This document shows, piece by piece, positions 12,765 through 25,300 of a stretch of 64,000 nt of DNA (its first letter is position 1; each line of letters starts with the position of its first letter). The stretch lies in NCBI GenBank assembly GCA_002189035.1, contig CM007990.1, positions 620,001 to 684,000 of the forward strand. The letters are read 5' to 3'. The notes below the pieces were generated by a model. It was not told where the DNA came from and ran no database searches. It was given only the letters and a program-made list of their open reading frames with translations. A program made the position numbers and the translations under genes. The DNA is from Utricularia gibba. Taxonomy: Eukaryota > Plantae > Magnoliophyta.

Positions 12765-13476
12765 CCCCTCCTCGGCTGATTTGAAACTGAACAATACAAA
12801 AAAGCATTCAATCCACGTCTCTAGTACCTCTGAATACGCAAATAAATCGACGTAAACACAAAAACCCAGAAGCTATTCCATGAACCTTTAACCTCAAATT
12901 CCAATTTCTGAGCTTTCAGCGGTGAAAACAAATTCGCGACTCCGCAACAACTTCCCGGCGAACAGAATGTCCCGAACTTCGTCGTTTACTTTTTTTTTTC
13001 TTTTTATAGTTGATTTTAAATTCAAATTTAATTTTATTGTAGGTTAAATCTTGGATGGTCAATTTTTTAATCATATAATTTATTATTTTAAAAATATAAA
13101 TAATAGAAAAAATATCAAATTATAACAAATATAATTAAAAAATATTACAAAAACGTTGAATAATATATATGTGAATACATAGCATTAATATGACTACATA
13201 ACAATAATTCAGAATATTCAATTTATTTGAATAGTTTTATTTTTCGCATAACACTAATATGTCTAACTTTTCACATTTTTTTACCCTATGTTCACTGTTG
13301 TGAATGCACTGTGTACACTTATTTTCGCATCACATAACTTTTGCTCCAAGATCAACCTGCAATTCAAAAACTTTTTGATCATTAGATATTCCTCTCCACT
13401 GTCACATAATTTTGTAACTGATATGTAGATCTCATTCTTGCATTGAAGTGATATAAATGGGCATACCATCAAGTAG

Positions 13477-16400
13477 CTAGAGAGATGAGTTGATTGCATG
13501 GGGTCTTGGTATTCTTGAAGCTTGGTGTGGTGGGGGTTGCATTTTCTCCTCCAAGGGAATCAGCCTACCAGCATACAAACTCCTTATAATCCAGTGGATC
13601 GACTGCGAGAAATCCATTGGGGTATATGATCAAGCAACCAAAGTGTGCAAAATTTGCAGTAATCATTCATTTGAATGCATCACAAGGCTTGTCATGATGA
13701 GAACACTGACCGTTGTATGTATACCAGTCTCCAGTGCACACTGCTTCAGGTGACGAGAAGCACTGCTCCCATCTGAAATGATGACTCCCATTGAGATTCT
13801 TCCAGCTTCCAGATTCTTGATGAGTTTTTGTAATGTTTTGAAAACTTGCGCGCCACCATGCTGAGGGTCACAGTGACATTATCAGATTACATGTTACTTG
13901 ATAAACAGAGATGATGATTTTCAGGTTTAGTTAGGAAGGTTGCAGGTCTTGGAAATGAATCATTAGCAATGGCTATCATTTTTTTAGTACAACTGATAGA
14001 AAAGAAACTGTTTTTGTGCTGTTAACCTGCTAGATGGAAGAAATTCAGAAGATCTCTAGGAGTAGCAAGTGTAAATAATGAGGCTGCTAAATCCACCTAT
14101 TATTTAAGAGGTTACAAAGCATACCTTGGCCATTGTTCCAAAACCTGTGAAATGCATGGCTTTTCCGAGAAGCATGATGCCGACATCATTAAAAATCAAA
14201 GAATGAGGACGATAGCATCGAGGTGAGTACACTAGCTCTTGTTTTTGGCTACTCTTTCTGGATAGGATCATGTATCTGACAAATCAGATTGAACAGCACA
14301 CCACTATGAGAATTAAAAAAAACAAAAGAAAAAACCAAAAGTTCGCCTCAATTAAGTAAAATGAGAGGTTGTACAGCATGATTGGAATAATACCTCTTTG
14401 GAGGCAACACCACACCAGCAGCAATAGAATCAAGAAGCCAATCATATTTGAGCACATGAGCATTAGATGCACAGCCATAGAAGAACTTTGGCGACTGTAT
14501 CTGTCATCATGAAAAGAAAGAATAATGGATTCACAGCCTGCAACAGAAATTGCCAGAAAATACTATCCCTCTGAATCTTGCTGATAAGAAAAAAAAATTA
14601 TCCCTCTGCTTCATTTCCAATATATTTATGTTTCTTGAACAAGCATGCGGGGTAACTACATTCATTTCCAATCTTCAGAAAAAGAAACAATGTTCTAGAA
14701 AATAAACTTGCTTCTCACACAGAATCCTCATAAAACTCGCCTAAATTGAGAAAATCATAGATTAAAATAAACTTGATTTCTAGAACCTGTATGGACCTAG
14801 CCAATGTCTGATTACGATACTTTATCAGTAAATCTAACTTCGTTGTTTGACTACTTTCTTTCTGGAATGCTCTTAACGAATGGGAACAGAACTTGGATGT
14901 TACTGACCTTTTTCAAACATAGAACCACTGGGAGCACTGCCACCTTCAACATTTTTCTTCTTTTTATTTTCTTATACACAGAAGGTATTTGCGTGAGGAC
15001 CACACCACCATATTTCCGAATTAGATTCTCTATTTCCCTTTCCTTTTTCTCAGAAAACCCAGTCAGCAAAAATTCAATGTTCTGAAAAACCAGCCTTCGT
15101 TTACCATTAATGGGAATATTTTTTTCTTTAAATTTATCCATCCGCCTGACATTAGATCGACAATGTTGACTACGTCTGGATGTTGCTTTAGCATAACCTG
15201 CAAAGGCTGATTAAAGTCCTTGAGTGATGATGAGATATTTAGGCAACTTCTGACATCATGATTTGCAAATGTCTTACATGTTTTTGGAGCTATCAGCACT
15301 TTCCTGAACCCTGTACTCTGAGGAAGGGCAGTTTTCATTCCAAACGGATCAATATCCATCTGGGCATTTAAAAGTTCAGCATCTTGAGTTTCAGCTTGTA
15401 ATGATGCCCAATGCTGGTTTTCCCTGGACAGAAATTTTTCTCTTTCAGATTTTCCTCTTTCCTGCTGACAGTCTTTACTGAAAACCTTGAGGTGGTCAGA
15501 CACGGCTTTGCTGTTATCACCAAAGGAAATACGCTTTCTAGAAAACTTGTCTGCTGACTCCTTGTCAATAATATTTTCAAGAATATTTCTGTCATGTTGA
15601 ACTAATACCTCATTCAGTTGAATGGGGGTTTCACCAATATCTTGCTGATGCTTCAAGGTAACATTTCTAGGAAGTTCACCACCTTCATGAAAAACTGAGG
15701 GTGAACACCACTGGTTCTCTGAAAGACTACATGGTACAACAGAGCAGAGAGGATCATCAAACGGTGAAGGTGAAGCCTTTCCATCTTGAGAAGCCAGCAA
15801 CCCATGGCTTACTGGCTTAGGGAAATTTTCATTATATATCCTTAATGGAGAGGCTACGGTAGCGTGGTTACTATGATTTTTCGAAACAGACATTTTACTC
15901 ACAGCAGTGTCAGCAGATTCGGAAAAAAAGCTGTTCTCACCAACGAATGCTTTCCGGATGCTACACTTCATAGTCTTTAGTTCATTCTGTCGAAAGTGGA
16001 ATGCCAAAAGAAAATATATAGAGCAGCGTAGAACTCAGTTAAAAACCAAATAAGTAAAATATATATATATATATATATACTCTCTGAGTTCACTTTGATA
16101 AGATAATTCTCAAGGAATAAGTAGGCACTTACTTTGCATGCCGAACCACTACAATGTCTCTGGAATATTTCTTGAGCCGTGTTAGAAAGACAATGACCCA
16201 TTTCTGTTAAACGACCGAAAATTAGCACCGTGGTATCATTCTGGCTTCTTATAGAACATGTAAGCATAAAGTAACACGATGATAGAATTACCATTTTTCT
16301 GAAAGTTCCTTTCAGGGGAATGAGTCAATATGGGAAGATGACGATCATGTGCCTGCGTGAAAGCATTCGCTCTCTGCATGCCAGAATTCTACCCAAGATT

Positions 16401-17054
16401 AAATACATGAAAAAAAGTCATGGGATGAAGTTTTGATAATAACGTCTGGTGAAGAATCAGAATTTGTTGAGAAGCACCATACTTCTGATGAAAAAGCGTT
16501 GTGGTGGCTATCACAAATGAATCCACTCATGCACTCTACAAATTCTAAATCAAGATTAACTCTTGATAATCTATCATTACAAAAGTGTTGTAACTTACAA
16601 CTGTAGATTTAGTAATGGAGCAAGCCTGAGCGGCATCATCATCTGAGCACCCACGGGATTCAGAGTCAAAAGTATCCTTAACTTGAGATACCTCACATCC
16701 AGGTGAGCTGTAGAGATTCACGCCCACATCCTCAAAAGCATTTTCCATTGTATTATCATCGAGATCAGATAAATCCTCAGCTTCATCAAATAGATGAACT
16801 GAACCGCAGGATGAATCTTTCAAAAGTTCTAACCGAGCTTTTTTCACGTGCAGGGAAGCTTCAAGTATAGCTGAAACTATGCAAGACCCGGAGAAGGAAT
16901 CATTCTTGAGTAGCTCATTAATTACCAAAGCTTCAGATGCTGCGATAGACAGTTCGACTGGATCAGCAGATTCTAGGAAATTCATATTCTCCTCATACAT
17001 CAACATATCAGCCTCGTTTACTATCGCCTCAACTGCTCCCGAGGATAAACCCAT
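13477..17054 (-). CDS. BRCT-domain protein (plant 53BP1/Crb2-like family); 5' end and middle exons uncertain
   Basis: C-terminal exons encode VFQNIEFLLTGFSEKKEREIENLIRKYGGVVL, KFFYGCASNAHVLKYDWLLDSIAAGVVLPP and HGGAQVFKTL..HWIIRSLYAGRLIP, which look like tandem BRCT repeats. An N-terminal VELSIAASEALVI motif is present. Family assignment is from memory of plant homologues. Stop at 13479-13477. Confidence 0.72.
16059..16079. repeat. (AT)10 microsatellite in a BRCT-gene intron
   Basis: Direct reading of the sequence. Confidence 0.9.
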
Positions 17055-17284
17055 TCCAATGGCAGACCTTGAACCTTTGCAGGTTGAATGGAAGAAAAAA
17101 TGCGTGTATCCTTTTGCATCGGCCTAAAAAACTCCTGAAAATCCTTATTCAAGCCTTCTGAAATAGAATAGAAGTGCCTCAGAAATTTGTAGTAATCCCA
17201 CCACGCTGCAAATCCGGTGATTACATTCTCCCGATCAGGATGTGAATCCAGCAGGATGCGGACGCTCGCTCAGCCTTCACCTAC

Positions 17285-17316
17285 TTGGCGCCAAAATGAA
17301 GAAATTTAGCGCCAAA
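17285..17316. promoter_or_regulatory. Two E2F-type sites upstream of the BRCT gene
   Basis: TTGGCGCCAAAA (17285-17296) and GCGCCAAA (17309-17316), both TTTGGCGC on the - strand. Confidence 0.55.
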
Positions 17317-17606
17317 GAACCCTCTTTGATGGGCTTTAGGGCCTCCGGCTTGCCGTATGATTTTCTAACGGTTCATTTTGTTTTCTTCAGTTATAAATAA
17401 ATAAAAAAATGTCAGATTTTTTTATTAGAAAATTATTTGAATTGAAATGCAAATTCCTTTTTGTAACCAACATAACTTCCGTCATCTGGCGAGCGCAGCC
17501 ACAGAACTCTCATCCGACTATCAACACACAGGAACCCAATCTTTGCTCAACTTTTGCCGATCGATATCTTCGTGGCTACGCTGTGATTTTTGGGTCATTT
17601 TGTGGC

Positions 17607-18901
17607 ATGGCTTGCGCGTTGTCAGGGAGCAGCTGCGCAATTCCCGCGGCGGCGAGCGGCAGCAGGTTGCTGTTGAGGGATTTTCTACCAAAGAGGAGGC
17701 CGGTTGCGAGCTATCGTCTCAGAGTCAGGGCGTCTTCGGATGGTTCTGACGACTGCAATGAGGAAGAATGCGCGCCTGATAAAGAGGTCATTTTGTTATG
17801 AGTTATCTTTTTTATGCCTTCTTTTTAGCATAGTACTGCATTAGAATTGTTGAGAAAATTGGTGAATAGAAGGCTCAGGAATCTGATCTTGTGTATCCAC
17901 TTTTCTTGTTCGATGGAATGCCCGTATGAGTCCAGAGATTGTGGTTTCTTCATGCTTTCTTAGGCTAGAGGTGTGACAGCATGTTCCTGCTAGCTTGGGG
18001 TTTGAATGGCAGGGCTGGTAATTTATTCATCATCTGAAATTGCAGCATTTTCAAATTTTCTTATTGAAAAAAATAGGTTGGGAAAGTGAGCATGGAGTGG
18101 GTAGCTGGGGACAATACCAAGGTCGCTGGAACATTTCCACCCCGCAACAGAAGCTGGACTGGCCTCGTGGAGAAGGACACGGCTGGACAAACCAACATAT
18201 ATTCTGTTGAGGTAGATAATTCCACATCCCTATGTTTTAGAATCATAGGTTGTCATGCGGTTGCTATTCTTGTGTGGCATTCCCCCTCTCATTGCGACAT
18301 ATATTGCTCTAACTCAAACATTTTTCTTCTGTGTGGTTCATGGTATATGGTCTCAATCCTTTGGTTGGCCAGATTTACAGAACTTCTTTTGAGTTCATAA
18401 AGTATGTTAGTTACTCGGCATTTTCAGCGTTCCCCAACTCTCTTAGATCCATCTGGGAGCCACTCTTCATATTTATGTAATCTGTGTGATAATCTATTAA
18501 GTCATATCCTTGTCTTCCAGCCGGTGGTCTACGTTGCAGAAAGTGCGATCAGTTCAGGCGCCGCAGGCTCCTCTGCAGACGGATCAGGGAACACCATTGC
18601 CATCGCCGCCGGACTTGCTCTAGCCTCTGTTGCTGCTGCCTCTTTTGTGCTCATTCAGGTGGACAAGAAAACACCATCCTCTATACAAACAACAGAATAC
18701 TCTGGTCCCTCTCTCAGCTACTACATCAACAAGTTTAAGCCTCAAGAATTCGTAGAGGCTTCTGCACCACCCCCTGCACCAGAAATCTCGGCATTGCCTA
18801 CTCAAGCAGAAGAGGTTATTCCCCAGCCCGAGATTCCGGTAACAACCCCGTCGGAGACATCTCCGGTGCCTTCTTCACCTGAAATACTGACAACCTTGTA
18901 A
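17607..18901 (+). CDS. MPH1: MAINTENANCE OF PSII UNDER HIGH LIGHT 1 (proline-rich thylakoid protein)
   Basis: Exons 17607-17786, 18077-18211 and 18521-18901. Transit peptide, CNEEECAPDKEVGKVSMEW, VEKDTAGQTNIYSVEP.VYVAESAISSG, one TM helix and a Pro-rich tail. Confidence 0.88.
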
Positions 18902-19389
18902 ACAGTTGTCTCTAAAGAGGTTCAATCGCGCTCACAGATTCATGTTGGCGCAGAATCCGGCTTTAGTAGCTTGTAAACACTGTTGTCTTCCACACAAAGT
19001 GCTATTATTCTGTTTTGGTATTTAGTGCCTCCAGTTCATTTATATTTTACCCTATTATTGCATAATATATATTTATTTAATTTTTTTTCTTTATAAAATA
19101 TAAATATCTAATAATATCTTTAATCAATATATATATATATATAAGTATCTTAGATAGATGCCACATCGCTACGCATAAATACGAGGGAGATTTGAAACAA
19201 ATTAATATTTTAATTAAATTGGTTTAATTAGCGAAATCAATTTCAAATCACTAATGGGCCATTTTATTTATTATTATTATCATTTATTATAATGTTAGAT
19301 TCGTGGGATTAAAGGGTTTTTCAGTCTGGGGTTTAAGGTTCATAGTTATCACGTTTCGCCGCTGCTGCGGAGATTGAGAGGTTTGAGAG

Positions 19390-22300
19390 ATGGCGGCCAG
19401 AGACGACGGTATCACATCTACGTCCGAGGTTTTGCATGAAAGAGGGTACTTCTACATTTGTTATTGAGTTGGCCATGCGATTTCAGTTAGCAGTGGTAGT
19501 TCTTTTTTTTCGTTCGTGTTTTCTGTTGATCAGTTCAAGTAATGTTCGTCCGCACACAGTTTCTATGTAGACAAGCAAGCGCTGGCGGCGCCTGTTAAAA
19601 ACGCGGTCGATAAGTACCAACTGGTGCCAGAATTTTTGAAGGTAGTGCTCGCGGCTCTGTTTTTTCATTAATAACAATAGAGCTTTTATTCTTTCTTGTT
19701 GTTTCATTTGCAATTTCAGGTGAGGGGCCTCGTGAAACAACATCTCGACTCTTTTAATTACTTTGTCCAGAAGCAGATTCAGAAGATAGTTGAAGCGAAT
19801 AAGCGCATTGAGTTTCCTGATAGAGATTTCTTTTTATGGTTGGGGCTTGTAGTCTAGGAGTTTATTTTCATAATAACGCTCGTTCTCAATGTTTAATTGA
19901 CACGGTTCTTATTTTGATCTGTTGCTTGGTTGCAGCTATGAAGAAGTTCATATTGGTTCTCCTTCAGTGATTGTAGATGCTATCGAAGAAGTCCTTACGC
20001 CACAGATGTGCAGACTGTCTGACATGACGTGAGTACACATGGATTTATTGTATACTTTGTGTTAAACCTCGTGATGTTGACCGTACTATACATATTTCAC
20101 AAAATCATTTTCAGATATAGATGGTTTGATATTTTAAGATTAAGTGAAGATTGTAAAAGGCACCTAACTTGCAGTGATTATTTCATGAAGTCGAATAGTC
20201 AAAAATCCACTGGACAGGCACATTGACATCTATTTCTTTCATCAAAGTGGAAATACACTAGCTAGTTTACAGAATCAAAGTAGAAATAAAAATCATTTGG
20301 CGAGTTCAGTAATAAATGAATGGTGTTTCTGTAAGTTAGATCAAATTTACTACTTTCAGCATTTTCTGTATGAGTCTTTTGCGTGATTTGGTTTTCTAGT
20401 TTGAAATGTGGTCGAAGTTTCTCCAAGCTATTCGGAATGGTAGTTTTATCGCTTCTAATTCTTACTGCGTTCCTCCACAGAACAGGATCTGTAGTTTGCG
20501 CTTTTTGTCTGTGGTTGGGTGCGGTTGTTGGTTAGACTCATATTGCTTATAAATCTAACCATATAATATTTGAAACATTAATAGCTTAATTTCATGGACT
20601 CTAGTATCCTATATTGTTACTGTTGTACCATTGCTATTGTATATTGTGCGCCAATGTATGCGACCACACAATGAATCCAGAAATTGTGATTTCACCACCG
20701 TGTTTGTGTCTGTCATATTCTTTTTATTGAAAAGAGATGTCTATCATCGCCTTCCTCTATAACATATCTTCTAACCACTCCTACTTTTCTGTTGATTCCA
20801 GTTATGCTGCTCCTATAAGGGTAACGATAACATATACAAGAGAAACCCGTGGTGTTAAAAAGATTGATACAAAGGTAATTGTTCTCTTTTTAAAGAGGAT
20901 AAACTTTTTTTTTTTTTTACTGATGTTGGTTACAATGATGGATAAACACAATTATATTGGATTATGCCATTTCTTTTTGTCAATACTGTCAGAAAAATGT
21001 TACGATTGGGAGAATGCCTATTATGTTGAGGAGTAGTAGTTGTATTTTGCATGGGAAAGATGAAGATGAGCTTGCAAAATATGGTATGCTTTAAATTGTG
21101 TCAAGAATATTTTCATTTATTTTTTCAGATGTTCTAGATGCTAATGGCCTGAGCTTTTGTGTTTCTTTAGGTGAATGCCCTTTAGATCCCGGAGGATATT
21201 TCATCATTAAAGGGACGGAGAAGGTGGGGTGATACTTACTGCACCAATTTTTTTTTTATTGTGTTTTCAGGCCGCAAACATGTTGCTTATTTCCAAATTC
21301 TTCTGTGTAGGTGATTTTGATTCAGGAACAGCTATCAAAGAACCGAATAATAATTGATACTGATAAGAAAGGATGGTGCACATCTTTTCCCCTAGTACTC
21401 TATGCAAATCCTAACTGCCATGCTAAACGTCCTTCCTTTTGTTTTATGTTGCTGCACGCCACTCTTCTGCTATTTCTTCAATTATACCCATAGGCAATTA
21501 TCTGAACGAATTAAATTAAGTCCCTGTTTGAAATTATTATTAGGGCAATCATGTATTTCAATAAACTTCATGTGTCTTAAAGTGCTTGTTTAGTTGCTTT
21601 ATATTGCTGAACTATTATGTCTTTTAATCCATGGTTACCATGTTGTTAGATTAGGCTTTTGCAAAGTCCATGTCGTTGGTGTAGGGTTTTGCAAAGTCCA
21701 TGCTACCATGTCTTTTAATTCATGGTCTTAATGTCCATGTTAATAAGGAGAAGTAAGGTGTTTCTTAGGATAGGCTATAGAGAAGACTAGAGCAGGTTAG
21801 TTGGAAACAGATCTATACCTTGGGTAATTGATGATGCAGGTTTGCATTGTGTGTTTGACGTTGATGATCCAATGCGGCATTATATTGATTACCACTCAAC
21901 AATGGATTTTAAAACAGGAGAACCTGTGTTTTGAAACCCATTTCAACCTAATATTTGTTCTCCTGTTTTCGTTCTTTCTCAGTGTGCAAGCATCTGTCAC
22001 AAGCAGTACTGAGAAAGTGAAAAGCAAAACTATTATAAGAATGGAGAAAGAGAGGATTTATCTATTCATGAATCAGTTCACTACCAAAGTATGCGGGCCT
22101 TTTGGATTCTGGTGACTTGCCTTTACTGCTTGTATTCTGGAATTTAGTGAGCTTATTACTTTCCTAGGTTCCTATTGTAATTGTCATGAAAGCTATGGGA
22201 ATGGTAAGTGATCAAGAGATAGTCCAGATGATTGGTAGAGATCCTCGGTTTAGTGAAATGATGCTGCCATCAATTGAGGTAAAGCAAACTATTAGCTAGT

Positions 22301-25300
22301 TTCTTGCGCGGAATGTGGTTTTTTTTCTAAATTTCTCTTGTTGAGGCAGCACAGAGTTCTTATTCATGGGAAATATACCATTTAATCTTAAAGTTGCTGT
22401 TCTTGATAAAAGTGGCACTGTCTGAGCTTACAGCATTGTAAATATAATCTGTAAAACTGGTTTTTAGGGAATCTTAGTAACATTTTTCTGTTTTTTTGGG
22501 TTTAGGATTGTGTCTTGGAAGCTGTGCATACACAATCGCAAGCACTGGAGTATCTAGAGAAGAAGGTATGGCAATTGAATATAAAAAAGTTGCTTTTTTT
22601 ACCTGTAGTAGAAGTCATGTAGTATATTTAACCAATAGTTCCTTCATTATCAACTTTCATCGTCAGTAGAAGAATGTTAATTTTTGCACAACAGGTCTGT
22701 CATTCTGCTTTGCATACAGTGTGAAATTGTTTCATTATCCTCTCTTTTGGGTGCTGAATGGCTGGGTACGATTCTCATTAAGATGAAATGAAAACTTTCC
22801 CTCTTTTAATCATCGAAGTTAATTGATCTGCAAAGTGACAGGCAGGCTGTCCAAGGTGAAGTTTTGTTGTAGTTGAGCTCTAATGCCAACGGCCAAGCAT
22901 GATCTCACATTTAGATTCTACATTTGGCAATCGTGTCTTCCAATCTGTTTAGAATTTTGAAATCAACTTAGCAGACCATAATCTGTGGTGTTGTGCAAAT
23001 GTTGTGACATGCATACCGATGAATATGGTAAATAAGCTCTTAAACTTGAATCTGAAATGGAAGTTGAAAAGCTTGATGGTGGTGTGTACCGATGTAATGG
23101 AGTTGTTAGACTATGTGGTCTTCATCACTGCATATTTTTGTAGCTTCTTGATTGATGCCCTATGTACCTCTGTTTCCTGATGTAGGTTAAGAAGACCCCT
23201 TACTCGAATAAATTTGAAAATGTTAGTGCTATTCTTTTCAGATTTTTCGTTTCCTTTTAGTCTGATTTTTTATTTGCTATGTTTCATGAGTTTTCCGTAA
23301 ATTGTTATCTTGGGATTGCATCCAGGAGGGGCAAGCTCTAAGTATCTTGAGGAATGTCTTTCTTGCTAATGTTCCTGTAAGTTTTTCCCAGCATATGCCT
23401 GGAGCATGTATGAATTCTTCTCATTATTAGCTGCAATGAATATGAATAATTTCTCACAGGTTCATGAAAACAATTTTCGCCCAAAATGCTTGTATGTTGC
23501 TGTAATGGTGAGACGCATGATGGAAGCTTTACTAAACAAGGATACTATGGATGACAAGGTAGGTTTTTACAGATCAAATTCGTTTGTAGTACAACAAACA
23601 AAGCACTTTAAGACATGCCTTGATTTTGATAATGACCTTAGAAGATTTATTGATACAAAAAAAGAGGCCTTTTTTCAAAGTAAGCGCACAACTTCAGGCC
23701 TCTCGTTAGGTCTTGAGGTAACCAATCATGTTGCTGGTGAAAATCATTAGCTATTAGATTGATGCAGTTCGTTTGTTTCAAATTAACCTTAACATCAATT
23801 ACTGATGCTTTACCTTGCCTTTCCATCGTTAGTTTCTTTATTAGATTCCTAACCTTTTCCAATAACTGGGAGGAAAATCTCGTTGATTCCTATTTGTTGC
23901 ATAACTCATAAAACCCCAACAAATCTAAACCCTTTTCATATGGTCGGCTATTTGGGTCATAAATTCGCCATGGCATACGTAGTGTTCATGACAAATCTAT
24001 CATGTTATTAGTGATTCTTACAACACTACTATTATCATCATCGCTGTTGACAATTGTAGGTCACCTCTGCCTACACATAATATCTCTTTATTAACAGAAA
24101 TTTATGTTGGTAGTTCTCTTCAGAGCTTTTTTTGTTTCCGTATATGTCATAGGATTATGTGGGGAACAAAAGATTGGAGCTATCTGGCCAGATGTTATCA
24201 TTACTTTTTGAGGTAGTTTTGATGCTACTTGTCGTGCATTCCATGAATCATGATTTGTACTTGGAGTCTCAAATTCCATTCGATTACAGGATTTGTTCAA
24301 GTCATTAAATGATACAGTGCGCCAAAAAGCTGAAAAGGTCTTGGTTAAGACAACTCGTACAAATCAGTTTGATTTTTCTCAGGTTTGTTCTTCTCATTGT
24401 TGATTATCAAGGCAGGAACGTGAATAACTCGTTAGAAAATTAAGCATTGGCAATATTGGAAGCACTGTTATATAATCCTTCCAACATCTGTTTCAAAAAT
24501 GAAATGTGCATGAAAGCTTAGCAGTTTTTTTTTTTTTTTTGGCTGTTGTGAGCATTCTTGCTATCTCTCTCTGCTTGAAGGCATTTTCCTTAGATGCACT
24601 GCATGTAAAAGAGGGCATTGAAGTTGATAGGTCTTCAATTGCATGCAGTTGCATTTGTATATTTGGCCAAGGAATTTTTAATCCTAACAGAAAAATATAG
24701 AAAAGCTGCATGGAACGAGCCTATTGAATATAAGGACTATCAACTTGGTAATGAACCATTGTTTTACTATTATCTGTTAGAATGCGCAGATTATACTATT
24801 TTCTACTATTGTAAGAACTAGCTATCGAATTACTAAGAATGAGTAGCATTATATTGATCCAGTATGATTAATTAATATAGAAACTATGCAATCTACATGG
24901 GAGCATAAGCTTATTAGAAATCAAGGTTGAAAATTTGGTGATTATGCTTGCTCTTTTGTTGACGTGTTTTCTGGGATCAGCATATAATTGGTGATTCCAT
25001 CACTGCTGGCCTTGAAAGAAGTCTGTCTACTGGGAATTGGGATATCAAAAGATTTAAAATGCATCGGAAAGGCATGACACAGGTGCTGTAGACCCCTTCT
25101 GCACGGTGATTTTTTTCAAGCTGCTTATCTTGAAGTTGGATCTGTGACAGGCTTTAACTAGGCTTTCGTACATTGAAACATTGGGTCGCATGACAAAAAT
25201 ATCCCCTCAATTTGAAAAATCTAGAAAAGTTAGTGGGCCCAGGGCATTGCAACCTAGCCAGGTTATCTACTCTTTTACACCTCTTACGGTTTAAATGGTG

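Noticed and set aside
13299-13314. 15-mer GTGAATGCACTGTGT also present on the - strand near 51737-51751
   Set aside because: Isolated 15-nt matches are expected by chance in a 64-kb window, and the flanks do not extend.
15146-15197. Apparent 52-nt intron or frameshift in the BRCT gene
   Set aside because: Resolved by an ordinary 80-nt GT-AG intron (15277-15198) that joins the two ORFs in frame.
19158-19180. ATGCCACATCG resembling the plant snRNA USE
   Set aside because: One mismatch, TATA-like sequence too close, and no snRNA sequence downstream.
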